Origin: a virus
Direction: 5' to 3' (one strand)
Length of the DNA: 64,000 bases
Virus record (IMG/VR): IMGVR_UViG_3300023108_000014
Location: 1 to 64,000 of that record
Shown: positions 19,934-29,824 of the stretch, piece after piece
Numbering within the stretch: position 1 is the stretch's first letter
Layout of the letters: each line of letters starts with the position of its first letter
Translations under genes and position numbers: made by a program
The notes under the pieces: model-generated
Told to the model about the DNA's origin: nothing
What the model saw: the letters and a program-made list of their open reading frames with translations, nothing else
Database searches by the model: none

Positions 19934-20173
19934 ATGTCAACTCTCGCATCAACATCATTAGAAAAAGAATCATTAGAAGCACATGTTGATCTGTGCGCCC
20001 TCCGCTACGAGCAAATGGATAAAAGATTAACTACTGTTGAAAACAAACTAGATGACATTTCAGATCAAATGCAAGCAGGACAAAATAGTTTAACCAAAGT
20101 TATTATCGGTGCAGCAGGAACTATTGTAGCAGGATTACTATCCACAATTGTCGTAATTATAATGCAATTATAG
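19934..20173 (+). CDS. small coiled-coil plus C-terminal TM protein (XhlA/holin-like)
   Basis: LEAHVDLCALRY..RL..VE.KLD followed by a hydrophobic tail. Confidence 0.55.
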   Translation: MSTLASTSLEKESLEAHVDLCALRYEQMDKRLTTVENKLDDISDQMQAGQNSLTKVIIGAAGTIVAGLLSTIVVIIMQL

Positions 20174-20185
20174 CATAAATACTAC

Positions 20186-20965
20186 ATGTTAGTAAGAGAC
20201 CTCATATCAGAAAAACAAAAAATAGATGAAGTAGCAATTGCTATTCCGTTGGCTCCTATTCTAAATCAACTTTTAATAGCAGGCGGCACTGCTCTTGCAG
20301 CATATATTACTAGCAAAGCACTTGAGCAGGCAGAAATAAAATTTCCTGATATTGATTTAGATTTTCAAAAAGATATAGAACAAAATATTGATATTCCTAC
20401 AGGAATGACTTTACCTAGACAACAATATGATATTCCAGCAGAAGAAATTCAAGCCTATCTAGATAGTAGATCACCTAAAGAACCAAAAAGTCCTAAAGGT
20501 TTAGGTAGAACCTTACGCAGAGCAGGAGATATTATTGAAGATGTTATTGAATGGTTAATAGCCCTTGTCGGATTAAGAGCATTTAAAATACTTGTAGGTT
20601 TAGGTTTAGGACTTTTGGCTATCTACACAATGTACAAAATGAGCAGATGGATTTATGATTGGATTAAATCTGATAAGGGACAAGAAGAACTAGAAAAAGC
20701 AAAAGAAGAATCGCTTGATGAAAAGCAGGTATGGGGACGTACTGGTAAAAGAGTTGTCCGCAAGTATAGATGCTCTGGGGGCAGAAGACACGGCAGGATT
20801 GTTAGCAAAATGAGTCAATGTTTTGCACCACTCAACTTTAAACAAAGTGCAAGATTCAAAAGACTAAAAAAGGCAATTGGTGCAAAAATGACACGTAAAG
20901 CAAAAAGAACCAAGCGTGTCAACCCTGCAAGTAGAAGATTAAAACAGTTGAATAAAAGAAGATGA
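20186..20965 (+). CDS. putative head-internal protein with TM segments and basic C-terminal domain
   Basis: IDE/LDE sites; Arg/Lys-rich WGR..VRKYRC..G.R.GR domain. Confidence 0.55.
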   Translation: MLVRDLISEKQKIDEVAIAIPLAPILNQLLIAGGTALAAYITSKALEQAEIKFPDIDLDFQKDIEQNIDIPTGMTLPRQQYDIPAEEIQAYLDSRSPKEPKSPKGLGRTLRRAGDIIEDVIEWLIALVGLRAFKILVGLGLGLLAIYTMYKMSRWIYDWIKSDKGQEELEKAKEESLDEKQVWGRTGKRVVRKYRCSGGRRHGRIVSKMSQCFAPLNFKQSARFKRLKKAIGAKMTRKAKRTKRVNPASRRLKQLNKRR

Positions 20966-21282
20966 TAGTAGCAGAAGTCATAGACATAGGTGAAAACTTT
21001 CGTGCTACTTGGGGACGTGGTCCTAAAGGCACAATGGTAAGGCGTTATAGATGTACAAGTGGCCCCAAGCGTGGTCGAGTAGTTGCTAAAGCTAGCACTT
21101 GTTCAACACCAATAAGTGGTAAAAAGAGCATTACTGCAAAGAAGACTAGACGCACACGGGCACGTAGTCAAAGTATTAGACGTTATCACACAGTCAGACG
21201 TCCTACTGCAAATAAGATAACGAGGTTAAATAAGTTACGTCCAAAGTATAGAAAAGGACTTAAAACAAAGAGAAGAAGATGA
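20962..21282 (+). CDS. basic protein paralogous to the C-terminus of the preceding gene
   Basis: WGRGPKGTMVRRYRCTSGPKRGRVV; highly Arg/Lys-rich. Confidence 0.6.
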   Translation: MIVAEVIDIGENFRATWGRGPKGTMVRRYRCTSGPKRGRVVAKASTCSTPISGKKSITAKKTRRTRARSQSIRRYHTVRRPTANKITRLNKLRPKYRKGLKTKRRR

Positions 21283-21707
21283 GAGCAGAAGAGTTTATAA
21301 AAGAAGAAGAACAATTAGACGAAATTCTGCCTCTATTGGCAGTTCCACTAGCAGTAGGTGCAGCAAAAGCAGTAGGAGGCGCAGCAAGCGCAGTGGGCGG
21401 TATTGGAAAAGCAGTAGGCGGCCTAGCAAAAGGTGTAGGCGCAGCAGCACAGGGCGTCGGAAAAGCAGTTGGAGCAACTGGAACAGCAGCAGCATCAGCA
21501 ATAGATGCTGCAAAGGATAAATTACTACAACCAGGTAAATCAGTGAAATTACCAACAGGGCAAGCAGGTGGCCCTACAGAGTTTAAAGTAAAAGCAGTCA
21601 AAGGTGACGAAGTAGAATTAGAAAATCCAGAGGGTACAAAGTCACCATCACAACCTAATAGTGTAACATATAAAAAAGCAGATGTTAAGAGATCAATTTC
21701 AGTATGA
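21279..21707 (+). CDS. putative head-internal protein with G/A-rich repeats
   Basis: MRAEEFIKEEEQLDE N-terminus; KAVGG repeats. Confidence 0.55.
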   Translation: MRAEEFIKEEEQLDEILPLLAVPLAVGAAKAVGGAASAVGGIGKAVGGLAKGVGAAAQGVGKAVGATGTAAASAIDAAKDKLLQPGKSVKLPTGQAGGPTEFKVKAVKGDEVELENPEGTKSPSQPNSVTYKKADVKRSISV

Positions 21708-21925
21708 AGATGAACGACCTTATAACAGACTTTGATATTTTTGTCACAAATGAAGAACAAAATCTTCTTGACAAAATCAATAGTCCTTGTTATATTGATA
21801 ACTTAACAGAACGAGAAAGATTCGTTGCTGAAAATCTAGTTAAGAAAAGTCTCTTAACAAGAGTTAATTATAAAGGTATGATGGTGGTAAAACCAAATGA
21901 AAACTCTGGCCCAAGCACTCACTGA
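21704..21925 (+). CDS. hypothetical protein
   Basis: Coupled ORF. Confidence 0.6.
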   Translation: MKMNDLITDFDIFVTNEEQNLLDKINSPCYIDNLTERERFVAENLVKKSLLTRVNYKGMMVVKPNENSGPSTH

Positions 21926-22328
21926 ACTTCAAGAAATTGTTGATAAAAAGACAAAGGAAGTAGTCGCACCTTATAAAAAAGGCGACAAAATTCGTGTAGG
22001 TCACTATATGATGCGTCCTAGTAGGCGTCATGGACATGTGATAATTGATACACGTAAAAACACAACTGTAGATGTTGTATTTTCTAAAATTGCAGGTATT
22101 GCATTATCTTATGCACATTTAAACAAATCGCAAACATATACTATTAAACAACAAGATAGTATTATAGAAAAGTTTACCAACGATTGCTGTTTTTATGATG
22201 CGGTTATTGCATCTACCGAAAATGATGACAAACGTAATAATTTAGAAATCAGAAGAGACGATGCACAGGATAGAATTGACCAAGCAACAAGACTTCTAGA
22301 TCAAGTAATATTATCACAAATTAGATAA
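21897..22328 (+). CDS. hypothetical protein
   Basis: Overlapping ORF in the operon. Confidence 0.6.
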   Translation: MKTLAQALTELQEIVDKKTKEVVAPYKKGDKIRVGHYMMRPSRRHGHVIIDTRKNTTVDVVFSKIAGIALSYAHLNKSQTYTIKQQDSIIEKFTNDCCFYDAVIASTENDDKRNNLEIRRDDAQDRIDQATRLLDQVILSQIR

Positions 22329-22360
22329 ATAACTATAACAAACCCATTAGGAAGAGAATA

Positions 22361-23170
22361 ATGCAGATAAAAGAGTTCGCTACACCTATCACAGCAAAAA
22401 GTTTAAACGAGTCTCTAGGAAAGAGATTTGGTAAAAAAATTAATCTAGAGCAATTTACTTTAGAACAACTACAGGATGTTCGTAACAGAATCCGTACAAA
22501 ACTATCACAAGTTGAAATGAGTGAAAGTTTTAGTAAAGTTATCGAAAGTGATGAATACCAAAAATCAAGAATGATGCTTGATGTTCTAAATGCAGAATTA
22601 TCAGAGCGTGGTGACATTGAAGAAATGGAAGAAGCAGTAGCAGTTACTGAAGGTGCAGAAGACGAAGCAGAACTAGTAATGGCAGCCAAAGACATGGTTG
22701 ATAGAGTTACAGGTTGGATGGAAGACACAGCAGAGATGCAGTCAGAATCAATGCTAGAACTTGCAGATGCAATTCGTGATGAAATGGGTACAGAAGCAGC
22801 AGAAACCTTTACACAAACAGTTAAGCCAGCACTGGATGAATTGTATGGTGCATTAGAGTCAACTCGTGCTGCATTGACAGGTGGTGTTGGTCAACTTACA
22901 GGTGAAGCAGAACCAACTGACATGATGGGCGATGACGACATGGACATGGAACCAGAAATGGAACCAACAGCAGACATGGACGACATGCCAGACTTAGATG
23001 GTGATGCAGAAGGTTCAGACGATCAGTTCGGAGCAGACGCAGCAGCAGCAGGCGGTGAAGAAGACGCAGGTCGTGAAAAGCGTGAAAGCATTGAACGCAT
23101 TACTAAAAAAGTAAAAAAAGAATCTGTTAATCCACGTAAAATTGCTCAAACACTTTCAAAAAAAAAGTAA
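22361..23170 (+). CDS. prohead core/scaffold-like acidic protein
   Basis: Acidic and helical, several xxE sites (LNE, VTE, KRE), ATAAATA promoter; ends in an A9G slippery run. Confidence 0.5.
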   Translation: MQIKEFATPITAKSLNESLGKRFGKKINLEQFTLEQLQDVRNRIRTKLSQVEMSESFSKVIESDEYQKSRMMLDVLNAELSERGDIEEMEEAVAVTEGAEDEAELVMAAKDMVDRVTGWMEDTAEMQSESMLELADAIRDEMGTEAAETFTQTVKPALDELYGALESTRAALTGGVGQLTGEAEPTDMMGDDDMDMEPEMEPTADMDDMPDLDGDAEGSDDQFGADAAAAGGEEDAGREKRESIERITKKVKKESVNPRKIAQTLSKKK

Positions 23171-23193
23171 GTGAAAATATTGACACTGGTAAC

Positions 23194-23487
23194 ATGTATC
23201 GTGTGATTAATATCTTACGAGATAAAGATGTGTCACAAATTAGTATTTCACAAATGGATCGTTTGATGCGCAATGCAGGCGAGACTCAATTCAACGGTGA
23301 TGTTCTTATGAGGGCAATGAAAGAAGATCCTAGAATTGATGATGCTATAAAAAATGTAGATCCTAGTAGGGACATTATTGAATTCAAAACAAGTGAAACA
23401 GATGATTTACCGCAAAAGAAGCGTAAAGAAAAAGACACTGTTTCTAAAATGGCAAAGAGGGCAACAAAGGTAGGCGACTTTGATTAA
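23194..23487 (+). CDS. hypothetical ORF, probably the -1 frameshift extension of 22361..23170
   Basis: No clear SD; frame is open back to 23140 across A_AAA_AAG. Confidence 0.55.
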   Translation: MYRVINILRDKDVSQISISQMDRLMRNAGETQFNGDVLMRAMKEDPRIDDAIKNVDPSRDIIEFKTSETDDLPQKKRKEKDTVSKMAKRATKVGDFD

Positions 23488-24452
23488 TGCTCCAGTTCAA
23501 AAGTAGTGTAGTAGATTTAGAAATACTACAATATTCAGATGGTAATTTTGAATTAGAAGTCCAAGATGATAAAATCTATTGGAATGCAACTAGAGAAGTT
23601 TATGACATAGACTTCAATAAATTTGCATCCTTAGCAAAAGAAAAATACCCAAAATATAAAAATATTTTGATTGTTAATTCTTGGTATCATCCTTTGCATC
23701 CTTGTGGAAAAAAGTCTACTGATTTTTCACTATGGGATGAAGTAAGAATAATTCCTGCTTGTTTGATGTATGTTTATGATTATAATGGTAAGCCAGCACC
23801 ATACTCTTATGGACATAAAAAGTTTTTATTTTTAATGGGTAAAGTTTGGAAAGACAATAGATATCCTGTTGCACGCCAATTACATGAAAATTGTTTACTT
23901 CAAGGTAATCTTTGGAGTTTCAATGGCGAACATTTAGATGCTCCTCCAGAATTTAAAGTTGATAAAAAATTTTTTAGATTTGCAGATAAAACTGCTCCTA
24001 TAAGAGATATGAAGAAAGCGTTTGACAAAAACGGTAGTTTTAGTTCTATGGGTAGGAGAAATAAAAAATTATATAAACAAACTGATTTTGAAATAGTTGC
24101 AGAAACGTGGTGTCATTCTGTTCCTATCATAACAGAAAAAACATGGTGGCCAATTGCTAATCGTAGTCCGTTTGTTTTAATTGCCGGCAACGGCTCAAAT
24201 GAGTTGTTAGAAAGTTTAGGATTTAAAACATTTGAAAAATACTTGCCATATCCTTATATAACATTTGCAAGTAATATGGATAAAATTATTGAAAGAATCA
24301 AATTTGCAAAAGAATTATTTGCCACACAAGATTTTACTGATATAGTAAATCATAATTACAATCTTTTTGTTAGTTTAGCAAAAAGACATCAATCGTTATT
24401 CAAGGATCGTCCTATCAAAGAAATTGTTACTTTATATCATGCAACAGAATAA
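23487..24452 (+). CDS. glycosyltransferase-like protein (GT10-like TEK motif)
   Basis: IVAETW...ITEKTWWPI..RSPFVLI...LGFKTF; AT-rich. Confidence 0.55.
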   Translation: MLQFKSSVVDLEILQYSDGNFELEVQDDKIYWNATREVYDIDFNKFASLAKEKYPKYKNILIVNSWYHPLHPCGKKSTDFSLWDEVRIIPACLMYVYDYNGKPAPYSYGHKKFLFLMGKVWKDNRYPVARQLHENCLLQGNLWSFNGEHLDAPPEFKVDKKFFRFADKTAPIRDMKKAFDKNGSFSSMGRRNKKLYKQTDFEIVAETWCHSVPIITEKTWWPIANRSPFVLIAGNGSNELLESLGFKTFEKYLPYPYITFASNMDKIIERIKFAKELFATQDFTDIVNHNYNLFVSLAKRHQSLFKDRPIKEIVTLYHATE

Positions 24453-24454
24453 TA

Positions 24455-24483
24455 TTGACTAATCTACTATTATATGTTATAAA
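24455..24483 (+). promoter_or_regulatory. sigma70-type promoter
   Basis: TTGACT-N17-TATAAA. Confidence 0.6.
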
Positions 24484-24489
24484 AATGTT

Positions 24490-25170
24490 ATGTCCTTAAT
24501 ATTAGAAAAATACAAATACAATAAACTAAAACGAGTAGAAGTAAATGGCAAGCGCAGGTACGAAACCCCAGGCGGACCACCGGTAGCAAGTGTCACAACT
24601 ATTCTAGGCGAAACCAAAGATAAAACACATCTTATTGCTTGGAAGAGGCGTGTAGGTGAAAAGAAAGCACAAGAGATAGTTACAGAAGCAGCAGGTGTTG
24701 GTACCCGTATGCACAAGTATCTTGAAGATTATATTGACACAGGCGAATGGCCTAGTGCAGGCAGCAATCCATATGCACAACAAGCACACATGATGGCAAC
24801 TACAATTAAAGTACATGCAATGGATGATGTAGATGAAATATGGGGTAGCGAAGTTCCGCTTTATGTGCCACAAATGTATGCAGGTACAACTGACCTTGTA
24901 GGTGTATACAAAGGCAATCCATGTATAATGGACTTCAAGCAAACTAATAAACCTAAGAAACTAGAATGGGTTGAAGATTATTTCCTACAACTTACTGCCT
25001 ACGCTATTGCACATAACGAAGTGCATGGCACAGACATACGTGAAGGACATATCTTTATGTGCAGTCGTGCAGGAGAGTATCAACAGTTTGATTTATGGCC
25101 AGATGAGTTTGCAGAATGGGAACAAGAATGGTGGAACAGAGTTTATGCATATTACGAAAAACACGCATAA
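24490..25170 (+). CDS. PD-(D/E)XK exonuclease (phage MGME1/Cas4-like)
   Basis: SVTTIL, GTRMHKYLE, SEVPL, AGTTD, IMDFKQ and YFLQLTAYA motifs. Confidence 0.85.
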   Translation: MSLILEKYKYNKLKRVEVNGKRRYETPGGPPVASVTTILGETKDKTHLIAWKRRVGEKKAQEIVTEAAGVGTRMHKYLEDYIDTGEWPSAGSNPYAQQAHMMATTIKVHAMDDVDEIWGSEVPLYVPQMYAGTTDLVGVYKGNPCIMDFKQTNKPKKLEWVEDYFLQLTAYAIAHNEVHGTDIREGHIFMCSRAGEYQQFDLWPDEFAEWEQEWWNRVYAYYEKHA

Positions 25171-25191
25171 ATACGATACAAGGAGAAAATC

Positions 25192-25371
25192 ATGGAAGAA
25201 TATAGGGTAGGCGATACCGTAGAATTTGTTGAAGGACCGTACTCAACTTATAGAGGAACAATTTTAGAAGTGCGTAATGACGGCGACACTGGCAAGTGTT
25301 TTGTTGCTGTTACAACACCTATTACCACTGAGAATGATTGGTATCCTATGACTTACTTCGTCAAGGTATGA
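25192..25371 (+). CDS. stand-alone KOW (NusG C-terminal-like) protein, 59 aa, not in ORF track
   Basis: YRVGDTVEFVEGPYSTYRGTILEV = KOW motif; AAGGAG SD; ATAAATA upstream. Confidence 0.7.
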   Translation: MEEYRVGDTVEFVEGPYSTYRGTILEVRNDGDTGKCFVAVTTPITTENDWYPMTYFVKV

Positions 25372-25402
25372 GGCTAAATACATTTAGCAAGGAGTAAGAC
25401 GA

Positions 25403-27031
25403 GTGGCTGTTATTCAAATTTCAAGAATTCAAAACCGTAGAGGGCGTGAAGGTACAACAGGTATCCCACAACTCGCATCAGGTGAAATTGGTTGGGCAAT
25501 CGATACACAAAAATTATACATTGGTAACGGAGCAGTATCAGAAGGTGCACCGGCAGTAGGTAATACACAAATACTAACCGCCAATGACGATATATTTGAC
25601 TTTACTGACTCATATAGTTTTAAAAAGACAAGTTCTATTTGGGGAACAAGTGCTCCTTACGAAAGAAGTTTACAAGATAAATTAGATGACTTTGTTTCTG
25701 TAGCAGACTTTGGTGTTATAGGCGATGGAACAAATGTTACAACAAAATTAATTCAAGCTATTGATGCTTTGTTTTTAAACGGACTTACAGACCGTGCGTT
25801 AAGATATAAATTGTATTTTCCTGCAGGAAATTATGCTATTGAATCTACAATTCCTATTCCACCGTTTGTACAGTTAATAGGCGCAGGCGTAGAAAATACA
25901 AAGATTACAATGACTAAAGCAAACACTCCAATGTTTACGACAGTCAGCAGTAATTATACAGGCAATGGTGTCATTCCTGTAGATAGTCCAGAGCCTTACA
26001 ATGCTATAAATCCACAACAGTGTAGATTTATTGGTATAAGTGATATGCATCTAGAGCACCAAGGCGAAACAGGAAGAATCCTATTCTTGAATAACTGTGC
26101 ATTTGGAGAATTTAAAAATCTTAAGATGACAGGCAAGTGGACAGTATCAGCAGTAGGAAATCAAAAGGCAATCGAAATGAATGCTGATAGCGATACTGTA
26201 ACTTGTATCGGCAATATGTTTGACAATATAATGATTGACAGTTTCGAATATCACGTGTATAGTGATCATGATATTAGAGATAATACATGGAAAGATTGTG
26301 AATTTGTATATGGAGATGTTGCGATGGCATTTGGTGAGGCTATGAGTTTAGGTACTCCTGGTAGTAACTATGGTCCACGATTCAGCACTATCTCAAATTG
26401 TAAATTTGATCAGATAAAGCGTGAAGGTATAAAAATTGTACACGGAGAATACAACGTATCTAGAGATAATAAGTTTTTCGAAGTAGGTACAAATCTTGGT
26501 GATACAACAGACGGCACAGTAAGTCCAGTGATTGCACTTTCAAGTAACACAAACGTTAGTGAAACAGACTTCTTTGACAGAACAGGTAAGTTACTTCCTA
26601 ACAATCCAGATGGAGGCTTCTTCTTTATTGACTCTGTATACTATCCTGAAGTAGATGGTCAAACTAAAGTAGTAGGAAAATTTACCAACCAATTTGAAAT
26701 TGGTGAACAAAGCGTTCCTAAAGAAATGCTTAAAGTTCCTTTAATTGAAAATGGTGTTATTGAAGTTGAATACCTTTATACAGAAACCGGACAAGGTATC
26801 CAAAGAGAAGGCACCCTTTCGATTGTTAACAACTCAAGTTTAGCAGCACCACAGTTAAGCGATGTGTATACACATACAGGACCGGCTTTATATAACACAG
26901 CATTTACATGGGCAGCATCTGTTGTTGATAACAACAGCGATGGCACAGATGACACTATCCATATTACTTTAAAAAACACAATCCCAGTAGCGAACGATAA
27001 TTTTGTATATACAGTAAACTATAGGTCTTAA
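25403..27031 (+). CDS. tail spike-like protein (beta-helix / pectate-lyase-3-like)
   Basis: RIQ.RRG..LASGEIGWAIDT..LYIGNG head-binding motif; SVADFGVIGDG..LYFPAGNY beta-helix start. Confidence 0.75.
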   Translation: MAVIQISRIQNRRGREGTTGIPQLASGEIGWAIDTQKLYIGNGAVSEGAPAVGNTQILTANDDIFDFTDSYSFKKTSSIWGTSAPYERSLQDKLDDFVSVADFGVIGDGTNVTTKLIQAIDALFLNGLTDRALRYKLYFPAGNYAIESTIPIPPFVQLIGAGVENTKITMTKANTPMFTTVSSNYTGNGVIPVDSPEPYNAINPQQCRFIGISDMHLEHQGETGRILFLNNCAFGEFKNLKMTGKWTVSAVGNQKAIEMNADSDTVTCIGNMFDNIMIDSFEYHVYSDHDIRDNTWKDCEFVYGDVAMAFGEAMSLGTPGSNYGPRFSTISNCKFDQIKREGIKIVHGEYNVSRDNKFFEVGTNLGDTTDGTVSPVIALSSNTNVSETDFFDRTGKLLPNNPDGGFFFIDSVYYPEVDGQTKVVGKFTNQFEIGEQSVPKEMLKVPLIENGVIEVEYLYTETGQGIQREGTLSIVNNSSLAAPQLSDVYTHTGPALYNTAFTWAASVVDNNSDGTDDTIHITLKNTIPVANDNFVYTVNYRS

Positions 27032-27456
27032 TGTTTAATTTAAAATATGAGGATAGGCTCAGTGCTTGGAAGTCATTTCGAAATGGCTTAGAAACTGCTA
27101 AGGATCCAATCCAAGATGTAATAAATTTATATAATACTGCACCTATAGTCAGTATACATATTGATCCATATGATCGTTTTACGTGGCCAGATCCCTGGAC
27201 ACTAATTTATGAAAATTCGTATTGCGAGTTTGCAACAATCCTAGGAAAAGCGTATACGCTTCAGTTAACCGAACGTTTTTCCCAGAAGCAATTCGAGATA
27301 CATACATGCATTGATAGGGAGAAATCAGAACTAATGCACTTGCTTCTTGTAGATAATGCTGTAATTGGCTTTGATAGAAGCAAAGCAGTAAAAGCATCTA
27401 GTTTACCTGAGCACCTTGTCATAGATAATAAATACCAATTATTACAATTACGTTAA
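27031..27456 (+). CDS. hypothetical protein
   Basis: Coupled ORF (TAATG overlap). Confidence 0.65.
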   Translation: MFNLKYEDRLSAWKSFRNGLETAKDPIQDVINLYNTAPIVSIHIDPYDRFTWPDPWTLIYENSYCEFATILGKAYTLQLTERFSQKQFEIHTCIDREKSELMHLLLVDNAVIGFDRSKAVKASSLPEHLVIDNKYQLLQLR

Positions 27457-27508
27457 TCGGCATCTACTATTATTGTAGGTGCCTCATTTTATTAAAAAGG
27501 AAAAGATA

Positions 27509-29824
27509 ATGATTCAAGTTACCAAGCGAGACGGACGAAAAGAACCACTAGACATTGAAAAACTACATAAGGTTGTTTTTAATGCATGTAAAGATACAAC
27601 AGGTGTTAGTCCGAGCGAGGTAGAAATCAAAAGTCAAATCCAATTTTTTAATGGTATGAAGACAAGTGAGATTCAAGAAACACTTATCAAAGCAGCAGCA
27701 GATCTTATTTCAGAAGAAACACCGAACTACCAATATGTTGGTGGTAGATTGATTAACTATCATCTTCGCAAAGAAGTATACGGAGGCTATGAGCCATGCA
27801 CAGTGGTTGAATTAGTAGAGCGTAATACAGAAGCAGGATTTTATGATCCTGAATTGCTTGGAACGTATGACGATGAAGAATGGAAAAAGATTGAAAACTT
27901 TGTAAAACACGAGCGTGATGAAAACTTAACATATGTTGCTATGGAACAGTTACGTGGCAAATATCTTTGCCAAAACAGAGTGACTGGTGAAATTTTTGAA
28001 ACACCACAAATGTGTTATGTTCTTATTGCAGCAAGTTTGTTCGCTAACTATCCAAAAGAAACAAGATTAAAATGGGTAAAGGATTATTATGATGCTATTA
28101 GTTTACACGATATCAGTTTGCCTACTCCTGTTATGGCTGGTGTCCGCACTCCCCAAAGACAGTTCTCAAGTTGTGTACTCATTGAAACTGATGACAGTCT
28201 CGATAGCATTAATGCTACCAGTAGTAGTATTGTTAAGTATGTAAGTCAAAAAGCAGGCATTGGCATCGGAGGCGGTAGTATCCGTGCTATTGGCAGCCCA
28301 ATACGTAAAGGTGATGCATATCACACAGGTATTATTCCATTCTACAAAATGTTCCAAGCAGCAACAAAGTCATGCTCACAAGGTGGCGTGCGTGGCGGAG
28401 CAGCAACAATCTATTATCCAATTTGGCATTTAGAAGTAGAAGAGTTACTTGTACTAAAAAACAACAAAGGCACAGAAGAAAATCGTGTGCGTCATATGGA
28501 CTATGGTGTGCAGTTTAACAAACTAATGTATGAAAGACTTGTCAGTGGCGGTGACATTACACTATTCTCGCCTAGTGATGTACCAGGCTTATACGATGCG
28601 TTCTTTGCGGACCAAGACAAGTTCCGTGAACTATATGAAACAGCAGAAAGAAATACAAGACTACGTAAGAAAACTATTCCTGCTTCTACACTTTTTGCAT
28701 TGTTTATGGAGGAGCGCAAAAGCACTGGACGTATCTACCTACAAAACGTAGACAATGCAAATGACCACGGCTCATTCTTGCCAGACGTTGCACCTATTAG
28801 ACAGAGTAACCTGTGTGCAGAAATTGACTTGCCAACTAAGCCGCTAAAGGATTTAAACGATCCAGAAGGTGAAATCAGCCTATGCACATTGAGTGCAATC
28901 AATTGGGGCAACGTGCGCACACCAGCAGACTTTGAAAAGGCTTGTACGTTGGCAGTGCGTGGTTTAGATGCACTATTAAGCTATCAAAACTATCCAATTA
29001 TTGCTGCACAACTTTCAACAGAAAAACGCCGTCCGCTAGGTGTTGGTATTATTAACTTTGCTTACTGGCTTGCAAAAAATGGGCTCAACTACCAAGACAT
29101 TGACAGCGACGGACTTGCACTAGTAGATGAATATGCAGAAGCATGGAGTTACTATCTAATCAAAGCCAGTGCTGATATTGCAGCAGAACAGGGTGCATGT
29201 CCTGGCACACCAGAAACAAAATACGGACAGGGTATTACACCTAACCAAACATACAAAAAAGATGTAGACGATCTAGTGAAACACAAAGAGCGTATGGATT
29301 GGAAAGGATTGCGTAAGCAACTAAAAGATACTGGCATTCGAAACTCAACACTAATGGCTCTAATGCCTTCGGAAACAAGTGCGCAGATTGCAAATGCTAC
29401 AAACGGCATTGAACCACCACGTGCCTATATTAGTGTAAAACAATCAAAGCATGGTGTGTTGAAACAGGTTGTACCAGAGTTCAAGCGTCTCAAGAACAAG
29501 TATGATTTACTATGGGATCAACAGTCACCAGAAGGCTATTTAAAAATTATGGCAGTGCTACAAAAGTATATTGATCAAGGTATTTCAGTTAACACAAGTT
29601 ATAACCCTGTGTTCTACGAAGATGAAAAGATTCCTATGTCAACAATGCTACAACATATGCTTATGTTTTACAAGTATGGCGGCAAACAACTTTACTATTT
29701 CAATACAAATGATGGGCAGGGAGAGTTAGATATTTCCAAACTTGTTGTAGAACAAGAAGAACCAGATGCAAACGGTTATACCTTAGTTGAAGATGACGAG
29801 TACTGTGAGACATGCGTGATTTAG
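27509..29824 (+). CDS. nrdA: class Ia ribonucleotide reductase alpha subunit
   Basis: ATP cone (VTKRDGRKE), QFSSCVL, SNLCAEI, LMPSETS, C-terminal CETC. Confidence 0.97.
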   Translation: MIQVTKRDGRKEPLDIEKLHKVVFNACKDTTGVSPSEVEIKSQIQFFNGMKTSEIQETLIKAAADLISEETPNYQYVGGRLINYHLRKEVYGGYEPCTVVELVERNTEAGFYDPELLGTYDDEEWKKIENFVKHERDENLTYVAMEQLRGKYLCQNRVTGEIFETPQMCYVLIAASLFANYPKETRLKWVKDYYDAISLHDISLPTPVMAGVRTPQRQFSSCVLIETDDSLDSINATSSSIVKYVSQKAGIGIGGGSIRAIGSPIRKGDAYHTGIIPFYKMFQAATKSCSQGGVRGGAATIYYPIWHLEVEELLVLKNNKGTEENRVRHMDYGVQFNKLMYERLVSGGDITLFSPSDVPGLYDAFFADQDKFRELYETAERNTRLRKKTIPASTLFALFMEERKSTGRIYLQNVDNANDHGSFLPDVAPIRQSNLCAEIDLPTKPLKDLNDPEGEISLCTLSAINWGNVRTPADFEKACTLAVRGLDALLSYQNYPIIAAQLSTEKRRPLGVGIINFAYWLAKNGLNYQDIDSDGLALVDEYAEAWSYYLIKASADIAAEQGACPGTPETKYGQGITPNQTYKKDVDDLVKHKERMDWKGLRKQLKDTGIRNSTLMALMPSETSAQIANATNGIEPPRAYISVKQSKHGVLKQVVPEFKRLKNKYDLLWDQQSPEGYLKIMAVLQKYIDQGISVNTSYNPVFYEDEKIPMSTMLQHMLMFYKYGGKQLYYFNTNDGQGELDISKLVVEQEEPDANGYTLVEDDEYCETCVI

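Noticed and set aside
24490-25170. Cas4/CRISPR system
   Set aside because: Stand-alone phage PD-(D/E)XK exonuclease; no Fe-S cysteines, other cas genes or repeat-spacer array seen in the window
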